A stretch of DNA of 46,294 nt from an uncultured Candidatus Saccharibacteria bacterium (lineage in GTDB: Bacteria > Patescibacteriota > Minisyncoccia > UBA6257 > JAUSGH01): the NCBI GenBank assembly GCA_964372325.1, contig CAYJQG010000003.1, forward strand, positions 1 through 46,294. The letters are read 5' to 3'. The translations under genes and the position numbers were made by a program. Below the pieces are notes generated by a model, which was given only the letters and a program-made list of their open reading frames with translations, was not told the origin of the DNA and did not search any database. This document shows, one piece after another, positions 8,294 to 16,044 of the stretch. How positions within the stretch are numbered: position 1 is the first letter of the stretch; every line of letters begins with the position of its first letter.

Positions 8294-8989
8294 ATGATGA
8301 CTGTATTCTACCCACTTATCGTTGGATTACTTCCCAGTCTTGTCTGGACGCTCTTCTATCTTCACGAAGACGAAGACCACCCCGAGCCAAGAAAGATATT
8401 ATTCTACGCATTTCTTGCGGGGGGCGCTTCTACGTTTTTTGTCTTTGGCCCACAGATGTGGCTTAGCCAATATCTTCCGACATTGGGGATTGCGCAATTT
8501 AGTTTTGCGTCGTTATTTATGCTTGCGGGGCTTGAAGAGCTCTTTAAATTTTTGGCAGTATATATCGTGATATCAAAACGCAAAGAATTCGATACACCAA
8601 TTCATGCAATGGTATTTATGGTCATTGCTTCGTTGGGTTTTGCAGCGGTAGAAAATATTGCAGCAATTGTTACGCATGGGAATACTTTACAGCCATGGTT
8701 TTTGGGTTCGCAGGCGCTTGAGGTAACTTCGCTCCGCTTTGTTGGCGCAACACTACTCCACACCATAAGCTCGGCGTTCGTGGGGTATTATTGGGCACTT
8801 GCAATGATCGAGCGACGTAACTTTGTCCCGCTCATTGCCGAAGGCATCGGTATAGGAACGCTGATACACGCAATTTTTAATGGGTTAATCGTGTCGTTTG
8901 GGCCAACGACTATTCTTGCAACGTTACTACTTGTTACGATGAGCTTTTTTGTATTGAACGACTTTGAGGAGTTGAAGCAAGTGTCATAA
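8294..8989 (+). CDS. prsW: PrsW-family intramembrane glutamic/metalloprotease
   Basis: Multi-pass membrane protein with AGLEELFKFLAVY (EExxK) and LIHAIFNGL (HxxxN) motifs. Confidence 0.75.
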   Translation: MMTVFYPLIVGLLPSLVWTLFYLHEDEDHPEPRKILFYAFLAGGASTFFVFGPQMWLSQYLPTLGIAQFSFASLFMLAGLEELFKFLAVYIVISKRKEFDTPIHAMVFMVIASLGFAAVENIAAIVTHGNTLQPWFLGSQALEVTSLRFVGATLLHTISSAFVGYYWALAMIERRNFVPLIAEGIGIGTLIHAIFNGLIVSFGPTTILATLLLVTMSFFVLNDFEELKQVS

Positions 8990-9006
8990 GTGTATAGAAT
9001 AAAATA

Positions 9007-9447
9007 ATGACCATTCAAGACGGAGAACAACAAACTGAAATAGAATTAGTCAAAGCAAACACCACATTGTCGCGTGGCACAGTGCAGCGTGAGCTTGACG
9101 ACTTTGTCGAAGAAGCCGAAGGGCAACTCACTGTCGACGTATTCCAGACGCCAACTGAGTTTGTTATTCAGTCAACTGTTGCTGGTGTAGAACCAGAAGA
9201 TTTAGACGTAGCGATTACAAGCGAGTCAGCGACGATCCGTGGGAGGCGCGAGCACAGCGAAAAAGTAAAAGAGGAAGATTATATTTATCAAGAATGTTAT
9301 TGGGGAAAGTTTTCCCGTTCGGTGATGTTGCCAAGGGAAATCGACACCGAACATGCATCGGCGCTCGTGAAAAACGGAATCTTAACTGTACGACTCCCAA
9401 AGCTCGACAAAGAAAAAACAAAAAAAATTAAAGTCAGAGCCGATTAG
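9007..9447 (+). CDS. Hsp20/alpha-crystallin small heat-shock protein
   Basis: LTVDVFQTPTEFVIQSTVAGVEPEDLDVAI...GKFSRSVMLPREID...NGILTVRLPK is a classic alpha-crystallin domain pattern. Confidence 0.88.
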   Translation: MTIQDGEQQTEIELVKANTTLSRGTVQRELDDFVEEAEGQLTVDVFQTPTEFVIQSTVAGVEPEDLDVAITSESATIRGRREHSEKVKEEDYIYQECYWGKFSRSVMLPREIDTEHASALVKNGILTVRLPKLDKEKTKKIKVRAD

Positions 9448-9505
9448 AAGCTCTTCGTAACTCAGAGCCCGCAGGACCACTACGAATATATACGATTCGC
9501 TGAAT

Positions 9506-11728
9506 TTACCAACTCTCCACGATTAGCCACGATTTATCTTCCAGCGGAAGTTTCTGATATATCTCTTCGGTGATGTGTGGCATGAAGGGGTGCAGCATCT
9601 TCAAAGAATCTAGCAGTATACACAGTAGCAGTGCGTCGGTGTTTCTGTCTTGCTGATTTTTTGACTCCTCGAGATAAATATCGCAAAATTCGTGCCAGAA
9701 AAATTCATACAGTGTATGCAACGCAGGACCGAATTCATATTTTTTAATACTACTCTCTACTGTTTTTTTGGTTTTCTTTAGTGCGGCAATAATGGCCTTG
9801 TCGGCGGGGGTTACGGGCTTCGTGAGCTTGCGAGCTTCGTTTATCGAAACACGACCCAGCACAAAACGAGAGGCGTTCCAAATCTTATTCGCAAACTTCT
9901 TTCCAGCGAATACCGCGGCCTCGTCCCAACGAATGTCTTGGTTGCCCATCGACTGCCAAATAACACCAAACCGTGTTGCATCTGCGCCGTGTGTGTTCAC
10001 ATAATCCATTGGGTCAACGCCCGTGCCCAGGCTCTTCGACATTCTGCGACCGTCTTTTGCTAAAATTGTTGCATGGATAAGCGTTGTGTGGAATGGAGTT
10101 TTTTTATAGAACTCCAACCCCGAAAAAATCATACGTCCCACCCATAAGTTGATAATGTCCCGTGCAGTAATTAAGACACTCGATGGATAATATTGTTTAA
10201 TATCCCCATCGCTTAGTCCCGCGAATGGCCAAAGCGCAGACGAAAACCAGGTGTCGAGGACGTCTTCGGATTGTATAAATTTTGCGTTGCAATATTTACA
10301 TTTTGGCTCCTCTGCCGACACAATCATTTCTTTGCACTTCACGACATCTTCGCTACGACCTTCTTTTGGTACGCACTTAGGTTCGTGAAACCACACTGGT
10401 AACCGATGTCCCCACCAAATTTGGCGAGAAATACACCAATCTTTAATATGCGACAGCCAATTGAAAAATCCTTTTTCAAAATTCTTTGGGACAATCTTTG
10501 TTTTTTTAGACTTCACGACCGCCGCACTCTTTTTGGCGAGTACGCCCATTTTCAAGAACCATTGTTCTGATGGTAGTGGCTCAAGCACGGTATTGCAGCG
10601 CGAGCAGGCTGCGGTGTTATGTGTGTATGGTTCTTCTTTTAATAACAGACCAACTGCCCTTAAATCATTTACCACTTTTTCACGCGCGGCGAGCACTTTC
10701 ATTCCTGCATATTTTCCGGCAACTTCGTTCATGCGACCACGTTCGTCAATAATCTGCACTAGCGGTAACTGATGTCGTCCAGCAATTTCAAAGTCGGTCA
10801 TGTCGTGCGCGGGCGTCACTTTAATAACGCCGGTGCCAAATTTTGGATCAGCGGCCTCATCACCAACAACAAGAATTTTGATTGTTGTTTTTTGCGGCGT
10901 CTCGAGTGGGCTCCGCACGTCTAACGACTCCACCTCAATCGTCTTCCCAATATATTGTTTATACCGTTTGTCCTTTGGGTGCACCGCGAGCGCCGTGTCA
11001 CCAAATTTTGTTTCTGGTCGCACTGTGGCAAGCGTGAATGGGCCATATTGAATGTAGTACAACGTTGTTTGTTCCTCGTTATGTTCCACTTCTAAGTCCG
11101 ATAATGACGTCTGACACCGCGGACACCAACTCACCACTCTCTCCCCGCGATAAATTAACCCTTTTTCGTAATAATGGATAAAAGCTTTTGTAACCCACTT
11201 ACTGTACTCGGGGTCCATAGTAAACCGCGTGCGCGACCAATCACATGATGCTCCGAGTCTTTTTAGCTGATCCAAAATCATCGTCCCGTATTGTTCCTTC
11301 CACTCCCATACTTTTTCTATAAATTTTTCACGACCGAGATCAAAACGGCTAATATTTTCTTTGCGTAAATTCTTTTCAACAACATTTTGCGCGGCAATGC
11401 CGGCGTGGTCGATGCCGGGGAGCCACACTGCGTTGTACCCCTTCATGCGGTGATAGCGAATCAAGATGTCGGAGATGGTGGCGTTTAATGTATGGCCCAT
11501 GTGTAAACTTCCAGTGATGTTTGGTGGCGGCAATAAAATAATATAGCCTTTTTGCTGATCGCGGGTTGCTGATCGCGAATTGTTTTTGGTTATGCGATAA
11601 GCTATTCGCGATAAGCGACTAGCGATTTTTTCAGCCGACGGCTGAAAAAAACCCTTGTCCATCCATGATGCATAAATTCGCTCTTCAACAGATTTGGGAT
11701 CGTATTGCGATGATAATTCTTCAGCCAT
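9506..11728 (-). CDS. valS: Valine--tRNA ligase (short form lacking the C-terminal coiled coil)
   Basis: PPPNITGSLHMGH, a KMSKS-type RRMSKSLG, and the CP1 editing region TPAHD. ATG 11726-11728 was chosen. A roughly 22-aa repeat-built insertion lies before the HIGH motif. Confidence 0.92.
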   Translation of the reverse strand: MAEELSSQYDPKSVEERIYASWMDKGFFQPSAEKIASRLSRIAYRITKNNSRSATRDQQKGYIILLPPPNITGSLHMGHTLNATISDILIRYHRMKGYNAVWLPGIDHAGIAAQNVVEKNLRKENISRFDLGREKFIEKVWEWKEQYGTMILDQLKRLGASCDWSRTRFTMDPEYSKWVTKAFIHYYEKGLIYRGERVVSWCPRCQTSLSDLEVEHNEEQTTLYYIQYGPFTLATVRPETKFGDTALAVHPKDKRYKQYIGKTIEVESLDVRSPLETPQKTTIKILVVGDEAADPKFGTGVIKVTPAHDMTDFEIAGRHQLPLVQIIDERGRMNEVAGKYAGMKVLAAREKVVNDLRAVGLLLKEEPYTHNTAACSRCNTVLEPLPSEQWFLKMGVLAKKSAAVVKSKKTKIVPKNFEKGFFNWLSHIKDWCISRQIWWGHRLPVWFHEPKCVPKEGRSEDVVKCKEMIVSAEEPKCKYCNAKFIQSEDVLDTWFSSALWPFAGLSDGDIKQYYPSSVLITARDIINLWVGRMIFSGLEFYKKTPFHTTLIHATILAKDGRRMSKSLGTGVDPMDYVNTHGADATRFGVIWQSMGNQDIRWDEAAVFAGKKFANKIWNASRFVLGRVSINEARKLTKPVTPADKAIIAALKKTKKTVESSIKKYEFGPALHTLYEFFWHEFCDIYLEESKNQQDRNTDALLLCILLDSLKMLHPFMPHITEEIYQKLPLEDKSWLIVESW

Positions 11729-11784
11729 AAAATTATTCAAACATTAAATAGCGTAAGTTACAAATTAAAAATTTTCGAGGCAGT

Positions 11785-11813
11785 TTGACAATTATCACTG
11801 AATTTGCTATGAT
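11785..11813 (+). promoter_or_regulatory. Sigma70-type promoter for the small high-GC gene
   Basis: TTGACA (11785-11790), a 17-nt spacer, then TATGAT (11808-11813). AAGGAG at 11855-11860 precedes the ATG at 11866. Confidence 0.6.
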
Positions 11814-11865
11814 ATAGTTGTCCTGAAGATTCGGTCCCACCCCCTCTTACTTAAAAGGAGTGCCC

Positions 11866-12021
11866 ATGAACCGCATGAGTGCAACCTCCGCCGCGATCCT
11901 CATGGTCGCGACGACCGCCATCCTTGGGATGGCGGGGTGGATGCTCTCCCGGGCATTCACCAACCTCCAGGCGGAAGCGACCAGCCGCCTGGAGGAAATC
12001 GAGCAATTCAAAAACCTTTAG
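11866..12021 (+). CDS. 51-aa single-pass membrane peptide, high-GC3 cassette 1
   Basis: Not in the ORF track because it is under 60 aa. ATG 11866 lies 5 nt after AAGGAG. It encodes MNRMSATSAAILMVATTAILGMAGWMLSRAFTNLQAEATSRLEEIEQFKNL. By my count 42 of 51 codons end in G/C. Its own terminator follows. Confidence 0.55.
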   Translation: MNRMSATSAAILMVATTAILGMAGWMLSRAFTNLQAEATSRLEEIEQFKNL

Positions 12022-12023
12022 CC

Positions 12024-12059
12024 GCCGGTTCGGAGGAACCGGCGCTTCGTTGTTTTTTT
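12024..12059 (+). terminator. Intrinsic terminator
   Basis: Stem GCCGGTT-CGGAGG-AACCGGC, followed by GCTTCGTTGTTTTTTT. Confidence 0.75.
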
Positions 12060-12070
12060 ATACAAATCCT

Positions 12071-12120
12071 AAAGAGTTACTAAACAAGTTGACGGTCGTC
12101 AACTTGTTTAGTAACTCTTT
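12071..12120. repeat. Long palindrome P1 (24-bp arms, 2-nt centre)
   Basis: AAAGAGTTACTAAACAAGTTGACG-GT-CGTCAACTTGTTTAGTAACTCTTT. It overlaps the tsaD stop by 2 nt and is nearly identical to P2 at 44016. Confidence 0.95.
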
Positions 12121-13261
12121 ACAAACTCATTGTTCCATCTGCCACTAGTGGCAGCTTTTTCTTTTTACGCAACAGATGCATGTATGCACCAACCGCAATC
12201 ATTGCGGCGTTGTCGGTGCTATATTCAAATGCGGGAACATAGAATTGTGCCCCAGCTTTTGCGGCAACATCGGCAATTGCAGTACGCAGTGCAAGGTTCG
12301 CGGCAACGCCACCACAAAGGGCAACGGACCTTGCACCGTATTCACGGACGGCGCGGAGAGTCTTTGTGGACAAAACATCTATGGCAGCGGCTTGAAAAGA
12401 AGCTGCAACATCTTTTACTTGCAACACAGTACTCGACGCATTTTCGCGCTTCATTACCTTCCCAACATTTACATGCTCCTTTATATAATATAAAACCGCC
12501 GTCTTAAGCCCTGAAAAACTAAAATCAAAATTTTTTTCTTTCATCATTGGCCGAGGAAAGTTAATTGCTTTTGGGTTGCCGGTTCGTGCAATTTTTTCGA
12601 TCTCTGGGCCACCAGGGTAAGGAAGCTCGAGCATGCGCGCGACTTTATCGAATGCTTCACCAACTGCATCGTCGCGAGTCTCCCCTAGTTTTTCCCAATG
12701 CAACAAATTGTTCATCAAAAGCAACATGGTGTGGCCACCGCTCACCAGCAATGCAATTACTGGAAATTCAAAACCTATTTCTTTTTTCGTGCTTCGTGCT
12801 TCGCGCTTTGTGCTTACAGTTTTTTGCGGCAGCAAAAAACTGTAGAGGTGCCCCTCGAGGTGATTTGCGCCGACTATGGGGATGTCCAATTCTTCCCCCA
12901 ACTTCTTTGCAAATTCGATGCCGGTCCAAAGGGCGGGCTCGAGGCCAGGGCCTACTGTGACAACAATTGTATCGATGCGCAACGCCTTTACCAATCTGCG
13001 ATGGCCGCTTCCTTTCTTTCTACCTACTAAATTCACAATCCGTTTCCAAATCTTCGGTAAATTTTTGAGGTGTTCGCGTTTTGCAAGGTTTGGAACCACG
13101 CCTCCCCAATGGCGATGGATATGCGTTTGCGAAGAAATAATTTGTTCGATTACCGTAAACGACGGTACGCCGTTACTTTTTTTGTACACCGAAAGACTCG
13201 ACGCTTCGACTAGCGCAATTGACGTATCGTCACAACTTGTTTCTATGGCCAAGATGCGCAT
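12119..13261 (-). CDS. tsaD: tRNA N6-adenosine threonylcarbamoyltransferase TsaD
   Basis: MRILAIETSCDDTSIALV N-terminus, TVGPGLEPAL, and LLVSGGHT. The start was set at ATG 13259-13261. The upstream 51 codons of the ORF track look non-homologous. Confidence 0.9.
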   Translation of the reverse strand: MRILAIETSCDDTSIALVEASSLSVYKKSNGVPSFTVIEQIISSQTHIHRHWGGVVPNLAKREHLKNLPKIWKRIVNLVGRKKGSGHRRLVKALRIDTIVVTVGPGLEPALWTGIEFAKKLGEELDIPIVGANHLEGHLYSFLLPQKTVSTKREARSTKKEIGFEFPVIALLVSGGHTMLLLMNNLLHWEKLGETRDDAVGEAFDKVARMLELPYPGGPEIEKIARTGNPKAINFPRPMMKEKNFDFSFSGLKTAVLYYIKEHVNVGKVMKRENASSTVLQVKDVAASFQAAAIDVLSTKTLRAVREYGARSVALCGGVAANLALRTAIADVAAKAGAQFYVPAFEYSTDNAAMIAVGAYMHLLRKKKKLPLVADGTMSL

Positions 13262-13340
13262 GGCTCTTAGAATAAATGAAACTTGCGCTATGCGCAAATA
13301 TTTATTATTCTTTCTTATAGCTCTTCGGGGGGTTACCCTC

Positions 13341-13901
13341 ATGCTTACGCGCAAGCAACTTGTTACAACACTCCAGGCATTCCAAATACCTCTTCTGCGC
13401 TGGGACAGAGGCATTACAAAATCGGTGAATGATCTCTTGGCAGAGTTACAGGCCGGTGAGAGTCACCTTGAGATTCGGCCCGATGGGCTCGTGCGTTTGG
13501 TGCGTACGGTATGTGCGCGCATTCACCACCCGATGCGCGGTGTGTTGATTGAGGCGTATCAACGGCTGGCAAACAATGAAAAACGTGACCGTAATGTATT
13601 GCCGGGCGGGAAAGTGAAAGCGCACGAAACACCGCTCGAAGGTATATCTCGGGAATTGCATGAGGAACTACATCTTGCACCTACTCAGTACACCGTAGTT
13701 GGATATCCCACTCATTCGACTGACGACCGCGAAAGTGGCAAGTTCCCCGGGCTACGCACCCTATACGACATCTCGACATTCACGGTGCAACTCAAGAACC
13801 CTAATCGATTTGCAGAAGAATTTGCGGTACGCGATGGGAAAAAGTGCTTAGTATTTCGGTGGAGCAAAGATCCGCAATTTTTAATAAGTAATCGTAAATA
13901 A
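13341..13901 (+). CDS. NUDIX hydrolase
   Basis: Nudix box GGKVKAHETPLEGISRELHEELHL. The ORF track extends to 12876, but that part is antisense to tsaD. The start is ATG 13341, or possibly 13290. Confidence 0.7.
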   Translation: MLTRKQLVTTLQAFQIPLLRWDRGITKSVNDLLAELQAGESHLEIRPDGLVRLVRTVCARIHHPMRGVLIEAYQRLANNEKRDRNVLPGGKVKAHETPLEGISRELHEELHLAPTQYTVVGYPTHSTDDRESGKFPGLRTLYDISTFTVQLKNPNRFAEEFAVRDGKKCLVFRWSKDPQFLISNRK

Positions 13902-13963
13902 CACGAATTACTATTAGTGGCGATGACTATTCAATCCCCTTGATTGGGGAATTTTTTATATTG

Positions 13964-14038
13964 TGGTCCCATCGGGATTCGAACCCGAGTTTTTCCCGTG
14001 AAAGGGGAACGTCCTGGGCCAGGCTAGACGATAGGACC
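13964..14038 (-). tRNA. tRNA-Glu(UUC)
   Basis: The reverse complement folds as acceptor GGTCCTA/TGGGACC, anticodon arm TTCCC-CTTTCAC-GGGAA and T-arm TCGGG-TTCGAAT-CCCGA. CCA is not encoded. Confidence 0.88.
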
Positions 14039-14074
14039 AATACACAATGATGATATCGTAACATCATTTTATTG

Positions 14075-14120
14075 ACAAGAAAAATAAAAAGGATTTGGGG
14101 CGCCCCGTTTGGGGCGCCCC
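14075..14120 (-). terminator. Intrinsic terminator of high-GC cassette 2 (possibly bidirectional)
   Basis: GGGGCGCCCC-GTTT-GGGGCGCCCC hairpin at 14097-14120. T-rich runs follow on both strands. Confidence 0.7.
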
Positions 14121-14187
14121 GTATTTTTGTCTGCTCGTCCCTCTTTATTTACCAACCTCGCGAGGGACAATACGAGGCGGGGAACAC

Positions 14188-14418
14188 CTATTCCTTCACG
14201 GCGTAGGTGTTCCCCTGGCGGTCGCGCCAACCACCGCCGATGCGGCGGATGTGACGCGTCGTCGTGCCCTCCGCGATCACCATCGCGGTGGCGATGGACT
14301 GACCGCGACCAGCCCAACCGGACGAGATCACTCGGCAGGGGATGCCCTGCCGAAGCGTCTTCTTCGGCGCTTCCGGGGTCGTCGGGATCAGAGTGGTGGT
14401 CGACGCTTTGTTCTCCAT
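14188..14418 (-). CDS. 76-aa protein of unknown function, high-GC3 cassette 2
   Basis: ORF-track entry 14188..14418. The ATG is preceded by AAAGGGCAGGACG. By my count 63 of 76 codons end in G/C. This is the only frame in the GC-rich block that lacks Arg/Pro/Gly-junk composition, and a terminator lies downstream. Confidence 0.55.
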   Translation of the reverse strand: MENKASTTTLIPTTPEAPKKTLRQGIPCRVISSGWAGRGQSIATAMVIAEGTTTRHIRRIGGGWRDRQGNTYAVKE

Positions 14419-14515
14419 CGTCCTGCCCTTTCAAAAGCAGTTTACGGAGTGGGGAGGGCTCACATGACCGACAATCGGCCACCGATCCTCCATAGACTCT
14501 ATATTACACTGTTTA

Positions 14516-14968
14516 CTAATTATTGTCAACACCCGCCGCTGGGGCATTACCCATCGTCACAAGTGCAACCGCAACAACTGCGAGCGCCATACCTACCATT
14601 TGCAACGTTGTCGGCACATGCCGCACCCATGCAAACTTCACGAGCGTTGCGACAATCGGGATAAACGCCGTCATAGTGGTGATCAACAGCAGCGACCCTC
14701 CACTGTGAAATGCATTAAAATAGCAAACATTGGCCACAAAATAAATTACTGCACTTAAACCCAAAAATCCCAAGGCGCTGCCCGTTGGCCAAACAATTTG
14801 CGTACCATGGCTTTGCACACCGAGCGACACTATAGTGAGCAAAAGCATCACTGGAAAACAATGGAGCAACACCACGAGTGGCTGTAGGTTCTTCAGTTTC
14901 TGCTCAACAATAACGTTTTGCGTTCCGTAGAGAATAATCGCAAACAATATAAAGAGGAACGACTTCAT
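14516..14968 (-). CDS. Small DMT/EamA-like membrane transporter
   Basis: 150 aa, about five hydrophobic helices, with a GGAGG RBS at 14976-14980. Confidence 0.6.
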   Translation of the reverse strand: MKSFLFILFAIILYGTQNVIVEQKLKNLQPLVVLLHCFPVMLLLTIVSLGVQSHGTQIVWPTGSALGFLGLSAVIYFVANVCYFNAFHSGGSLLLITTMTAFIPIVATLVKFAWVRHVPTTLQMVGMALAVVAVALVTMGNAPAAGVDNN

Positions 14969-15040
14969 CGAACGCCCTCCTTCAAATAACTTAGACTAGG
15001 ATAACCCTCATAAGATAAAAAGTCAATTCGTCGTGGGGAT

Positions 15041-15162
15041 GGCAGTCATAAATTGCGCCATAGCACAAGGCGCCTTGAAGACCTGCCGGCAGGCAGAGGT
15101 GTATTCCGCAGTGGTACTCCGACGAAAGGCAACGCAGCGATATGGCGCAATTTATGACTGCC
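15041..15162. mobile_element. MITE-like element with perfect 22-bp terminal inverted repeats
   Basis: GGCAGTCATAAATTGCGCCATA (15041-15062) and TATGGCGCAATTTATGACTGCC (15141-15162). The interior carries a CCTGCCGGCAGGCAG unit (15082-15096). Confidence 0.8.
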
Positions 15163-15166
15163 TATT

Positions 15167-15574
15167 TTAATACAGCGGTCCAAGCCACGTGTCTAGGGCA
15201 TACATCCCAGGGCCGCCAGTTACAAGCACTAATGTTGCTGCAACGAGCAATAGGTCGAGTTCGTATCCATCAACAAGTTTTTTCCCTATACGAATTTTCC
15301 ACAGCGTTGCAACGAGCATCTGCACTACGAGTACTGCCGCGTATACTTGCGTATAAAAACCCAAGAGCAACCCAACGCCGCCGAAAAATTCGATCGCCGC
15401 GACGATTGTCCCCCATAATGCACCGGGCTTAAACCCCATTTGCGTAAACATTACTGCAGTGTGTTTTAGGTTTTTAATTTTTGGCCACCCGTGGGCTAAG
15501 AAAATAACGGCTACCACAAGACGCAGCGCCATAAGCGACCACTCGTGATAATTAAGTAAAGTTTGGATGATCAT
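15167..15574 (-). CDS. DoxX-family membrane protein
   Basis: LRLVVAVIFLAHGWPK and a four-helix hydrophobic profile. ATG 15572-15574 was chosen. Confidence 0.7.
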   Translation of the reverse strand: MIIQTLLNYHEWSLMALRLVVAVIFLAHGWPKIKNLKHTAVMFTQMGFKPGALWGTIVAAIEFFGGVGLLLGFYTQVYAAVLVVQMLVATLWKIRIGKKLVDGYELDLLLVAATLVLVTGGPGMYALDTWLGPLY

Positions 15575-15631
15575 ATATTTATTATAGCATGGCACCATTA
15601 AGCAACTCTTCATCCCAACCCTATTTCCTCG

Positions 15632-15803
15632 TCAGCCACTTCGCAATAGACAAATGGCGTTCGCGCGTCGTCATACATAATCACAAAAATTTGAACTCGC
15701 CCTTGTCCCGCCATATGGCGGGACTTCGGAACTCACACATCAAATTTTTGTGTATGTATTTCCTCCGCGCTCGGCCATTTGTAACTATTGCTGCGCAGGC
15801 TGA
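15632..15803. repeat. Three-level nested inverted repeat
   Basis: The outer arms are imperfect (15632-15667 and 15766-15803). The middle arms are CATACATAATCACAAAAATTTGA and TCAAATTTTTGTGTATGTAT. The core is a perfect 20-nt palindrome, GTCCCGCCATATGGCGGGAC (15705-15724). Confidence 0.75.
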
Positions 15804-15938
15804 CTGTGGAAATGGGGTTGGGCTGGCGCCTTATCGTCTCATAATTCTTCTATTCGCCAACGCTTCGTATGGAACATGCCCCGTAGCCCCGCCCCGTCAT
15901 TATTCTATTTTAAATAAAGGCGGAGCTGAGTGAGAAGA

Positions 15939-15974
15939 CCCTCCTATCGGTGGGCAGGCCTGCCGGCGGGCAGG
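15939..15974. repeat. Degenerate double CCTGCC palindrome unit
   Basis: CCTCCTATCGGTGGGCAGG followed by CCTGCCGGCGGGCAGG. Confidence 0.7.
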
Positions 15975-16044
15975 TAGGGCTGCGCAGGTTGGCTGCGAAA
16001 TGACGGGCTGGCTTTAGCTCTAACAGATTTGCTTAATCTTTTTT

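Noticed and set aside
12876-13340. N-terminal 155 codons of the 341-aa ORF containing the NUDIX domain, and other plus-strand ORFs at 12130-13030
   Set aside because: They are antisense to the well-conserved tsaD coding sequence and have no homology. NUDIX homology begins after 13341.
14069-14664. ORFs of 189, 128 and 137 aa overlapping the second high-GC block
   Set aside because: They have the same junk composition (R/P/G/H-rich). They run through the terminator hairpin or into the EamA-like gene on the wrong strand. The 76-aa minus-strand frame is the only one with start, RBS-like sequence and terminator.
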